DNA from: Orbicella franksi
Taxonomy: Eukaryota
Assembly (NCBI GenBank): GCA_964199315.1
Contig: OZ116698.1
Location: 7,750,001 to 7,814,000, forward strand
DNA: 64,000 nucleotides
Direction: 5' to 3'
The translations under genes were made by a program, and so were the position numbers. Under the pieces are notes generated by a model. It was not told where the DNA came from and made no database searches. It saw only the letters and a program-made list of their open reading frames with translations. Each line of letters begins with the position of its first letter. The stretch's first letter is position 1. Shown here one piece after another: positions 52,562-64,000 of the stretch.

Positions 52562-52706
52562 GCGTCGTTTTATTAATTTTTTTTCCAGAAAATCAACAAA
52601 ACTTCACAGAATTCGTCCGCCATCTTGGCATGTGAGTCTTCGTTACTATTGTACAGCGGACTCCATCTCACTTCCGCGACTTCTTCCATTTCAAATCCAT
52701 TTCAAT
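52562..52706. promoter_or_regulatory. Duplicated bidirectional promoter (pseudo-NELFE/BCL10b)
   Basis: 145 bp paralogue of 46572-46756. YY1-like CCGCCATCTT at 52617-52626; ETS/GABP-like CACTTCCG at 52669-52676. Confidence 0.55.
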
Positions 52707-55700
52707 ATGGCTGAGACTTCCGCTCTGGAATCTGAAGTATACTGGTCTTTAAAAACTGAAGTTTTAATAGAGCTCAGAGACCTGCTGGTTGATAAACTAG
52801 ATTATGAAAAGACCTTGAGTTATCTCCGATCCAAAAGGGTGATCGACAGGCGCGACGAGGAAGATATAAAAGCCGAAAGGACACCAACGAAGAGCAAAGA
52901 AAAATTCTTGGATATCCTGAGTGACAAGGGCCCAACGGCTTTTGACCATTTCTGTCATGCAATAGGAAAAAAATGCACAGGTCAACAACACTTGCTGGAC
53001 ATAATCCTTACCACATTCGACAAAAAGAAGCAAGAACGAAGTAAGCACGCTTAAATATAAGAAGTGCTGAATAGACTATTTAAGCTTAAGTTAAACTTTT
53101 AGATTTACGTGACACTGATCAGGCTGTTGTGATAAAATTACGCGTTCCTCTTCCAATCGCGTCAGATAAGGAAACTTCGAAATAGTCTGGTGTAGATCTT
53201 GAGGAAAACTTAACTTGATGGCAAGCGTTTTATTTGGGCAATTTCCGGCTGTCCATCCAGTTTCAAGTTTCAGTTTGAAAGGGACTGTCAATTAATTAAC
53301 GAGTTAGGGAGTTCGAACCACAGAACCATTGGGGAGTACAAACACATTTTGGGATAACTAATTCATCCCAGGAAAGTTCAACTAAAGATAATATGCAAGG
53401 AAAGCAACCTCTGCATTGCTTAATGATGTTCCATTGAAGTCCATTGACACATAATAAGTCCAAGCAGACATAATTTATTAATTAAAATATCTCTATTGAG
53501 CCTTTCACCTTTCATGTTTTGCCGCTGCTGACTGCATAATTACGGTGATGGACAAAACACTGACCCCTAGTCCATGGACTACCCTAATGAACTACCCCTA
53601 AAAAAATGCTATTTCAGATGAGTGGTATGTTAAGAAGCTGCGATTATATACTTATACTGCATGGAGGATGCTTTTCTTTTCACTCCGCAGTGCCTTTAGC
53701 TGCCATTTTGAATAACTATACTGAATAAAATTGATCCAATCCAGACAACTCTTTTCCGAAAACGTTTATCTAGAAAATAAAGATGTTGTTGTTGTTGTCT
53801 GAGACAGTCTCTGGGATGTTGTGGCATGGTAGCTTAATAGCGACTTTGTTGATGATTTGTCCTAGTGTACTGTTTCAAAATTGGTCCATACTCCAGTAAC
53901 AAAGGAGGAGAAAGCTTTGATAGACTACCATATACTGAGTCTCGCAAAACCACAAAAATGTCCACATAATTATAGTCCAGGCCAGCCAAGAATACTACTG
54001 CGTCCACTCCACTCTGAATTTTTGTAGCGTAGTCGTTGGAATTTCCTGCTGTCCCATAGCTTTATCCTCATTCCCATTTCTATTTCATTTTGATAGACTC
54101 AGGAAAAAACCAGAAGAATAGCTGCTTCTGTGCCATAATTTTCGGCACAAAACAAGCAAAACAAATCATGAGTAACGTCCTGAAGATCATTTCGTCTGTT
54201 CAAGAAAGACTGAGCTACTGAATCACATGGGAGCAAGACTGAGTTGTCCACAGAATATTTGATTTGATTTGAGTCTACGCTTTTTGTGTACAGCAGTTGT
54301 TTTATGCAGTATAGTTATTCAAAATGGCGGCTGAAGGTGTTGCGGAACGAAAAGAAAAGCTTCCTCCATGCAGTGTAAGTATATAATCACAGCTTCTTAA
54401 CTTACCACTCATCTGGAATAGTATTTTTTAGGGGTAGTCCATTTTAGGGTAGTCCATTTGGGTAGTCCATTAGAGTAGCCCATGGACTAGGGGTCAGTGT
54501 TTTGTCCATCACCCATAATTACAACAGTATTCAGTGAACCTTGAAAAGAAGAAACAAACAAAAATGATCAAAATATATCACTCACAACCCTCAAATGTGA
54601 ACTTTTGAACCTTTTGCCATGAACATCTGTTTAGTGAGAGGTCCACACAGATGATTGACAGCAGCAATAAATGCAACCGTTGTTTGAGCAGAGTTCACAT
54701 ATGATTGACAGGCATGGTGAAGGTGTGACACATTTCTGTGTTAATATCATATCTATAGGGAGTTCCACAGTTACAGTTCTTGTAACTAAAGTCCTTGGAA
54801 CATTTTTATTGACAGTTCTTAAAGAACCACCACCAGCAAACTTACACAGAAACATTTCCAGTCCATCAGAAGATTCAAAGCTTGTTGTCATGGTAACTGG
54901 AGTGACTGATATGGATGATTTACCCAGTCCAGGTGACCCTGGAGCTCCAATGCCACCAGATGAAGTGGATGCTGAGACAGGACACAATAGACGTCAAAGT
55001 AATTGAATGCATTACTATATGTAGCTGTGTAATAATAATAAAGAAGTAGGAGATGGTATGCATCTGTTGAAGCCTTATACAAACAGGAGAGAAAAGTTAT
55101 CAAGTCAAAGGGATAATTTATTGCAAAGACACGACTGATCATCACTGATAAACACACAACTTAAGCAGCTGTGGATTTAAAGCCTGTAAAAAAATTCAGG
55201 CTTCAACAGGTTCAAGCCCATGACCTCTGTGATACCAGTGCACCTGCTCTATCAGTTGAGCTATCAAGCCAACTGGGAGCTGGTCATGTTGTGAGCTCAT
55301 AGATTGTAAAGGTTATACAGACCTGAGGTTTCCATATCATACTTTCAAACTCTCCTGTACCTTTTTGTATGCTACATCAGGTGATGTATGTAATAAACTG
55401 CCATGTTGGGATAATATATTGTAAAGACATGATTAATCATTGCAGTTAAACATGCAACTTAAGCAGCTGTGGATTTAAAGCCTGAAAAAAACGTTCAGTC
55501 TTGAACGGGATTTGAACCCATGATGTCTTTGATATCAGTGCACTTGCTCTATCAGTTGAGCTATCAAACCAGCTGGGAGCTGGTCACACTGTATTGGGAG
55601 CTCATGGATGTTAAAGTTTATAGAAACGTGAGGTTTCCATATTATACTTTCAAACTCTCCCATACCTTGTTGAATGCTGCATGTACATCAGGTGATGTAT

Positions 55701-56128
55701 GTAATAAACTGTCATGTTTGTTTCCTTTCATGAAGTTCAACAACAAACTGTAATGATATGTCATAATGACAATCAATAAGATTCAATCAATAACAATGTG
55801 CCTTGCAAATTGTGATCAAAATATTTTTGTAATAATTTCTGTTCAAATGAAAAGTGTTAAAAATTATAATGCTGAAGCGTGGTCACATTTGAATAAGATT
55901 TATTGCCAGTTGAATTTGAGATTGCAATGTTTCAGACTGAATTTAAGCATGTACACTAACCTCTACATATTTCTTAATTAAATTTCCCTAAATAGCAGTT
56001 TCATTTTTTAAACACTTTTTCTGATCTTTTTTTATTCCTTTTTTTTTTCAGCTCATCAGGCCAACTCAACACCAAACATTCCACCACCATTATACTCATC
56101 AGATTTACCACCACCCTACACTGAGTAA
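52707..56128 (+). CDS. BCL10: BCL10-like CARD adaptor, copy b (about 197 aa)
   Basis: Exons 52707-53040 (CARD), 54816-54998 (LPSPGDPGAPMPPD), 56052-56128 (PPPLY..LPPPYTE*). Frame and splice sites are intact and paralogous to copy a. Confidence 0.88.
53544..54513. mobile_element. Mutator-like non-autonomous element with 9-bp target duplication, in BCL10b intron 1
   Basis: TIR GGTGATGGACAAAACACTGACCCCTAGTCCATGG and its reverse complement; CATAATTAC on both sides; empty site in BCL10a at ~47636. Confidence 0.8.
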
Positions 56129-57821
56129 AGAGTGTTTACAAAAAGGAGAATTATTTGTGTAAATACTTATTACTCGGTGTATATATAGTAAATGGTAAAT
56201 CCAATTATGGCTGGAGACTATTGGAATGATATCCTTAAGAGAGAGAAAAATTGTTATGATCTCTCCCTTGGCTGCTCAACAAATATTTTAAGAAAATAAT
56301 AATTTGTATTTAGATGTAAATTATACATAATTGAATTTTTAGCTAATTGAAGTTTATGGCCCAGGTTTGGCAATCGAATGCTTTTCATGGCAGTTAGTGA
56401 ATAGGTCCCAGTTGTTCAGAGGCAGGATAATGCTATCCAGTGGATAAATTGTTATCCAGATGATAAGTGTTAACAAACCACGCCATCTGCTGGATAGTGA
56501 ATTATCTAGTGGATAGCATCATCCACCTTTGAAACAACCTGAGCCTGAACTTTTAGGCACTTCAAGAAGATTAAGACATTGTTCATGCATAAGAGGACGA
56601 ACAAGATGATCTAGAAAGAAGAAAATGAATTTACAGTACTACAATAAATAAGATAGAATTATTGACTGAATAAGAAATTTGGCGCATTTGAAAACATTTG
56701 TGTAGATATTTGTGCCTTATAAGTTTTGAAATTACTAAATTTGCCTTTCTTATTTTCATGATTTGTAATTGTATAGCTACAGAAAACTGAAGATAAACAT
56801 TTATTTATTTTAACAGTTCAACTGTAGAATACTTGAAAAGTTGAATGTACAGTTTTCACTTTTTAATATAAACATTGAAGTGGAAGTTGTGAGATCAGTA
56901 TTTCAAAGTTCCACAGTTTAGAAATCAGTTGTTGTTTAAACTTTAAACGTGCTAAGTAATTTAAAATGAGGGCCTCCCAGAGGGCCATTAGCATGTTCCC
57001 TTGATCCGGTTAAAAATTCAGATTTTTTTGTTCTTCCAATTCATAAATTCCATTATTCTCTTAAGACAATTAAAAGTGGAATTAGTTACAGAGTGTCGAG
57101 TGAAACATTTTGCGTGTTTTACAAAATTATGAAAGAGTGGCAGCAGCATATTCATAAGTACAAGATTGCAATTATAGTTACATTTAATGGAATGTTAGTG
57201 TCAAACAATTATGGTAAAACTATTCAGTTTCTAAAATGGATACTGTCTACAAACTTTGACGTCCAAATTAAAATTTTATTGATGTTCTTTAAGTGCTGAG
57301 GAGAGTATGGTTTGATTTTCATACATTTGCTGAATTTTGGCACAATAATCTGCAAACGGCAGAGAAATTCAGATTTTTTTTCATAATTTAATTTCTTCCC
57401 ACGCATGCAAGTGATTCAGATATTGCGGAAGGGCCTTGTTCACTCAGTTATTGGACAGTATATGTTATCTTATATGCTATGTTGTAGGAGAGTTTCACTT
57501 CAAGGGGTTTCATATCTCTTGTGTTGGGCAAACAATCAACTGCAGCTGTGGACAGCTAGTTTGTTTCCCAAAGGAGGGGGAGACTCGCCTATGGAAAGAT
57601 CGCGGACACTCATCGGAAAATTTGAATTAAACCCCTAAAGGAGACTGACACTTTGATAACAACCACACACTGCTAGGTTGTGCTCATTACAATAGAAGAG
57701 ACAGTGAGCAGAGTAGCAAACAAGAGAACGGCATTTATGATAGAACGCTGGTAGATTTATACTAAGAATGGACAGTTTCTGATTAATTGCAATTCAATAT
57801 ACATCGCCACCAGTAACCTGT

Positions 57822-60793
57822 CTATGGCAGCATGTCGTATTTTGTTACACATCTTGAGTTGTTTCGTCTAGTAACATTACCGTGTAACCCCTGCCCAAAG
57901 TCAGCCCACCCCACAATATATCCTGGGTGTGGATATTCCTTACAGTGCATGCTTAAGCTGGTAATAACGCTGTCTTCCAAGTCAGCGTTCCAGATGTACA
58001 AGTGGGTCATTTCCCCAATAAAACTCTGTGCCAGATCGAAGGCGCCTCCGATAACATCCTGGTCTTGTCCCACAATAAATTTCCCAGAACCAGGAATCAT
58101 TCCATGTATTGATTTGTCACCAGTTAGCTTGTTCTCTCCGTCCACAAACAATTTTACGACACCGTCACGATTGGCCCATTTGCCGCACAAATGGTGCCAG
58201 GTTCTATCGTTAACATATCCCGTCTGACCATGTCTGTAAAATAAAACATTTCCCGTGATTAAACTGAAACTAGAGTCGAACCCCCAATTTACGTACCCCA
58301 TCAATGGAAATAAGAGTGGCTTGAAGGGTTAATTACCTACTCCACTGGGAAAATGACATTTGCGTCACTAGCAATGGGAACGACAAACAAAAACGGGGAA
58401 ATCAATGGGACTGGGGATTGGGCAAAAAAGAGGCTGACAAATGGGATTTGGTCAAATTTTAGGCTTGGATATGGTATTTAGAAACCCACCCACCCAACTT
58501 TAGGACCCTCAATTAAATGCGACGCTGAGATTTCGCATTCACACGATGCCAACTGCATTATCCCAGCACGTCTGAAAGAGACACTCCTCTTTAAACGGAA
58601 CAGGTAAATTCTTTATATTCGCCTGGGATTCGATAAAAAACGCACTAATACGGACAAATTTCCTCCAGCTAGTGTGTTTATTCGATCCCTTTAGCGGAGG
58701 ACCCCAAGAGGTAATATCTTTCTATTACATCACCAAACACTGCGATCGGTACACACCACCATAAAAGGAAAACAAGCGCTTACAGAATCTGACAAGGCTA
58801 GGGAAGTGTAAATTAAAAAAAAAAAAAAAAATTGAAAACGTGTGACTTCCAAGGGTTAAGAGAACAAGGGAACATGTCTTACATTTCAAGGGAACAAGGA
58901 ATAGTGTTGGATCATTTTTAACTCGTGATTGCGATAGCAAGTTACGAGCTGTAGTGTGTGATCAGATTATTGGAAACAAGGTATATCTTTACTATCACGT
59001 GAACTTTGCGCGATAAAATAAAATTCGCTATTTAAGTTCGTTCTTCTTTTCGTTTGCTCCCTCACTCACTCGTTTGTTTGTTTGCTCACTTACACTTGTT
59101 CATCAAGCACCAGAAATCGAAACAATCCAGTTGAAGACAGAAACATCATGATGGCATCGGTGAAGGATTCCGTGGCGTAAGACAGAAAAACCAGCTGTTG
59201 TTCCCAAGCTCTGAACCAAAGGCACACAGTGAAGGCTGACAGATCTTGTGCAGACATGTCAAGTTCGACAAAGTTTGTTGTGTTGCGATCTTGAAATAAC
59301 AGGTCAAAAGAAGGGCTGGAATCTGTTGGTTAAATCACATGACGAGAAAGACTTTATAAAGGATTTGACTCAAACATATATCACCTCGTTCGACATTCAA
59401 TCGCAGTTTGAACGTTTCTTTCTTTTCTGTGATTAGACTGAGTTATGTCTCCAAACATTGTTAGACTTCTGTAGAAATGACGTCGTCATTCGATGCCATC
59501 GTGAATTAGCTATATGCCCTCGGCAAATGAGAGTAGAAATAGTGACCAAATGTATTACGTATGTCTCTTTGATATGACCAAGGGCTAACTCTCAAAACGT
59601 CAGCTTCACAAACCCGCCACGGCGTTTCATTTATATTATAATTACATAGCTGTGTTAGTTCTTTTTCCCGCCTACATAGCCCACCCAGTTTCTTTAGAAA
59701 CTATAATACCTTTGTGTATTGATACTATATCGTGTTTATTTATACCTCCTCCGTTCTTCATGTTACAAAAGGTGACATACGGGTCCTCAGTTCCATTGGA
59801 ATTCAACCAGTAAAACCCATTCGCTGCAGAATCCTCTTTAGATAAAATTTCCTCGCATGTTCTGCCTGCTACAGATCTTTGTGAGCCTAAAGATACTGAA
59901 AGAATAAAAACAAACAAGACAAAGCCGGAGATGACACCAGGTTGTATAATCATGGAAAAATTTTTTTAGCCTGCTCTCGAAAGGACAAATTTAACCAACA
60001 GTTCAACCCCATATAATTTCTCTTGAAACTTCTGTTTCGGTCGTTTAACGTGCTCAAGAATTTTTAAATACATGGTAAAGTTCACAAGAGGCACAGCTAT
60101 CTAAAAGCTGCAGCTAGCTGCAAAAGACTGTCTTTATGAGTATTCTGATCGATCTTGCGTCGTTATTCTGGTTACATATCACAGAAATAGTTCTTTTTTC
60201 TATTAGTAAAAGTACTGCAAGTCACAACTTTGAAGTTTCGTCCTTTTATATTAAAGCGATTCAGCCGTGGAGCGAGGTTAGAAAGTAATAATATTGCTTA
60301 CGTATACTGGATCGCCTTTCCATAACGTTTTTAGATAAAAAGAAAACTCTCTTTACTTATTTACGCCGTAGAAGAATATATATGTACGTCAGTAAAGGTT
60401 TTTGTCTAGTGCGCACTGAGAGGTGAACTATATATAAATTCAAGCTAGAATGTTCCAATATTATCATTTACCTCGGTAACGGCTTTCAAGATATAACGAG
60501 AAGGGATTTTCCATTATGTCGTCGGGTTGTAACGTTCTGGTTGCATTATTAAGCTCGCAGCGCGTTTGGTCGCCATGGTAATTCAAACTGCGACACTTCG
60601 GTTCATCTGCCTTACATTTCTCGTAGCACTGTTGAAAGTCCTGCACGGGGAAACTTGCGTACACATGTCCAGTGAGGTACACGCCTGTTCCTGATGTTAC
60701 GTTGCAATCAGCGCTCGCTTCTGCCGATGTGAAAGTGATAGCGAGATCTACTACGACACTAATAAGAACTTGGAAAACGCCAGGAAATCCCAT
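57822..60793 (-). CDS. Secreted PAN/apple + short fibrinogen-like segment + pentraxin-domain protein (about 370 aa)
   Basis: Exons 60793-60472 (signal peptide; PAN: CYEKCKADEPKCRSLNY..CELN), 59895-59746 (RTCEEI..NGFYWL..FCNM), 59322-59094 (LSAFTVCLW, FLSYAT), 58233-57822 (WHHLCGKW, LFVDG, IVGQDQDVIGGAFDLAQSFIGEM). Phases 1/1/2 are consistent. Confidence 0.88.
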
Positions 60794-62304
60794 CTCTACA
60801 CAAAGGCGAGACCGTACGTCGCAGGACGTCTGGGCGAAAATTTATTCAATGAGGCTTTCCTAAAACGATAGTAATTAAAAAATTAAAAATTTACGGTTAT
60901 CTTTTCAGTCCTTTAGGTATAAAAACGTCCCTTGTGTAAAATTAATTATTTGGAAGTAAACACCATTGTTTTAAGTGATTGAATCGGGAAAATGTATAAG
61001 GATATTAAATCATAAAGAGGTAGGATAGAGGTTTTCATTTTATTTTCAGAATGTGTGGTGATTCCGGCAAACCATTCAGTTTGTTTAACATAAATTCTAC
61101 GGACTGTCAAATTCAGTTTAAGATAACCTAAATCAACAGTGTAGCTTCACATCTGAAAACTAGTTTGTGGCGATCGCTAAATTTGTTTGTGTCTTTATAT
61201 GCACACAGTTCTCTTTCCACAGAGCATAAATAATATTGATAATGAATTCAATTGGGTAAATAATTCTAAATCCAAGTTATGCTTTTTAATCAAGAATGCG
61301 ACCAAGTAAGCGACCACCTAAAAGTCAAGTAAACGATAACTATTTCAACAACAATTGTTCTTGCTTGTAATAAAATATTTTTTGTCTTTTTCAGCAGGAA
61401 GAGTCTCTGGCCGGTTGATCGTGCCTTGGCAGAATTACTAAATTCCATTTGTCTTCCAAGAACCCTAGTTGATTAATATTGCTTCTTGCTTTTTGCGAAT
61501 ACAAATAACATAACTAAGGGACTGACTTTTACGCTGAACAAATACCAATGAGAAGTGAGGTTCCCGTTTTTGTGAACCTGAAGAATCTAAAAGTGATGGG
61601 CTTTACAATGATTCGCTGAAAGTAAATAGAATCAAGAGAACGCGCAAAGTGCACTTTACCAATATTTTTTACGGAAGGGAACTAACGCTTAATTTCTCTA
61701 TCAACTTATCGGCCGAATATCGGTATAATTTCAGTCAGAATACTTGTATTTTAGGTCGAAATACCTTTAACAAAACCCACCTTGCCTAAGTTTGGTTAGG
61801 TCCTGATTACCACAGAACGAAGATGCCTACTAGCTTTTCTCCGCGATAACTTTGTTCACCGTTATATCCCACAGCGTCAACTAAGCGCATCAATAATTAA
61901 TGATAAAGTAATGGTGTTGTGTCACTCGGAGTCAAGGATACATTTCTCCTGCTGTATTACGTTTTGAATATTTAGCAAGCCGTACTATCTTCTATTTTTT
62001 CGTGATGGTTGCATTTGTTCAGAATCATGATAAATCAGTTAATGCAATAATTAATTCATCTCCTTCACTTACGTGGCGATAACGTCCCTGTGAAGGCCCC
62101 AAATTTGAAAAAGCACACCTCTGGAGGTAATATGATTAATTCAGGGCGTTTCGTGGCAAAAATGCATATAAAAAGTATAATTGACGAACAGTCTACTTTT
62201 CAGGTATACTTCAGAACCTACAGAATGCGTGGCAATCATTTGCCCTCATTCTGTAATGAAAGCAGTCTTCCAATTTCCTCACGACTGGTCGATCGATCGA
62301 CCAG

Positions 62305-63952
62305 GACCAAGAGATTATCAAGGTAAGAGAGTGAATCCCTCCTATAGGTCCTCTAACTAAGGTAATCCCTCTTAAGTCATTTTTAGACATTGTACCCAGG
62401 CCAGTTCGTCCGCGGATCACTCGTGCCTTACGTGGATGTTTTCGTGGAGGATCTGTTTATGTTTCGTTTCATTTCGTTTCAAAGCAAAGGAAAACCTCCA
62501 ACGCTGTGGGAATGTCTTTTTTAATATTTTTATTACAAGCAAAGGAGCTTCGGCTCGAAATGCCCAAACACAAGCTATGCAACCGAACAAACAGATGGTC
62601 GAAAGTGCAGGAAGACGCTCGCTACCCAAGTAGCAAAAACATGTTAAGGTGGCTCAAAACAGTGTCCAACACTTAGATTTGGATGGGTCGTTATAACCAC
62701 TCTTTATCACTTGATGCTACAATCATGGTATCAAAAAACTGCCTAATCATTGGTGAACACGTTGGTATTATTTTCGTGACACAATAGGTTACCATAGCAA
62801 CAATATGACCTCCTAAAAACACCCTTAATTACAGCTTTAGGGGCTTATAATTCAAAACCGGCACGGTGAAATTTTCTTTAATTATCAACTTTTGATAGGC
62901 ATGATAAGACACAACTTTTGGCAAAGTTTAAAAAAATTCTGTACATGGGGTTCAGAGCCACCTTAAATTTTCGAAAATTTAAGATGGCTCTGAACCCCAT
63001 GTACAGAATTTTTTTAAACTTTGCCAAAAGTTGCGTTTTATCATGCTTATGAAAAGTTGATAATATAAAAAGATTCACCGTGCAGTTTTTGAATTATAAG
63101 CCCGTAAAGCTGTAATTAAGGGCGTTTTAGGAGGTCATACTGTTGCTATGGTAACCTGTTGTGTCATGAAAATGATGACAACGTGTTCACCAATGCTTGG
63201 GCAGTTTTTTGATACCATGATTGTAGCATCAAGTGATAAAGAGTGGTTATAACGACCCATCCAGATATAAGTGCTGGAAACTGTTTTGAGCCACCTTAAG
63301 CAGCAACTGCAACAACGCCAAAGACAACATCGATTAAAAATCGACTTAATATTCAACCCAACAATCTCGCGAGAATTTAGAATCACTCAGTTTGTCTATG
63401 CTGTCAGAAATATCCCAAACTGAATATGTAAGACAGCGTCAAAATTCGAAAAAGAAAGTTTAAAAACTGTACGTCGTATAGTTCACGTTCTCTCGAATAT
63501 GCAGAATGTGGCTATTTTACGTTGTTGTTGCGTGACCTTTTGTGAACAAAGGCAAAGAAATGAACAAAGATTCATAACTCACGCTTACACAACCATTGTA
63601 CTCGTTGCCGTTGCCGTTAAAGTTCGCATAATAAAACTCCGTAAAACAGAATAAACGACAAAATACTGAACAGCCCAACGAGCACAAAACAAACGAAAGC
63701 CCGGCCGAACAAAAAGACGGCCGAGAGTGCAGAAAACATTACTGCTATGAAACGAAATCAAAACATAAAATGGCGTTCCCGCCATTTCGTCTCAGGTAGT
63801 TTCGAGAAAGTCGCTTCGGCTGTCCACGCATCGCGCGAGTAGCATCCTCGGAAGAACTGGGTACCATGTCTAAAAATAACTTAAGAGGGATTTCCTTACT
63901 TAGGAGACCTATATGCGGGATTCACTCTCTTACCCTGATAATCTCTTGCCAG
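62305..63952. repeat. Inverted ~120 bp repeat pair (62305-62425 and 63835-63952)
   Basis: CAAGAGATTATCA(A/G)GGTAAGAGAGTGAATCCC..TTTTTAGACAT.GTACCCAG on opposite strands. Confidence 0.7.
62644..63299. mobile_element. Fold-back element made of two inverted ~320 bp MITE halves
   Basis: Each half runs TTAAGGTGGCTC...GAGCCACCTTAA; the palindrome is centred on TTTTCGAAAA near 62972. Confidence 0.85.
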
Positions 63953-64000
63953 AACCGAATAAACTACGCAAATTTTCAGTTCTTGCTTCTCGGGGCGCCG

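Larger units (their letters stand above)
46240..57415. repeat. Direct tandem segmental duplication: unit 1 ~46240-52230, unit 2 ~52235-57415
   Basis: Colinear similarity over NELFE exons 1-2, the promoter, BCL10 exons and introns, and the 3' flank (50330-50560 vs 56780-57010; 50820-50940 vs 57090-57205; 52045-52215 vs 57246-57415). Confidence 0.9.

Noticed and set aside
52560-52706. 49-aa N-terminal extension of BCL10b in the ORF track
   Set aside because: It is the promoter region; the paralogue starts at the equivalent downstream ATG and the extension is not conserved.
60850-62300. Additional gene upstream of the pentraxin gene
   Set aside because: No phase-consistent exons with protein similarity; probably 5'UTR intron, promoter and repeats.

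Overview
AT-rich animal genomic DNA with GT-AG introns. The gene content and repeat families point to a stony coral (Scleractinia); this is an inference and the species cannot be determined. Reading splice sites by hand gives seven protein-coding genes plus a pseudogene fragment. In order: PKN (-, its 3' kinase part lies beyond the left edge), HMCES (+), CFAP77 (-), AK8 (+), NELFE (-), BCL10 copy a (+), truncated NELFE pseudogene (-), BCL10 copy b (+), and a secreted PAN/apple + pentraxin gene (-). Three pairs are head-to-head: PKN/HMCES, CFAP77/AK8 and NELFE/BCL10. The main observations: (1) a tandem duplication of a ~5-6 kb unit produced two intact BCL10 genes whose tails carry two PPxY motifs, and left a nonsense-disrupted NELFE stub; (2) most genes here have human orthologues or paralogues in MHC-paralogon regions, suggesting a proto-MHC-like block; (3) an unexplained 609-codon, same-strand ORF lies inside a PKN intron; (4) an RFX X-box candidate lies between the ciliary genes CFAP77 and AK8. 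Many MITEs, tRNA-derived SINEs and one truncated LINE are also present. All coordinates and counts are manual; no database searches were run.
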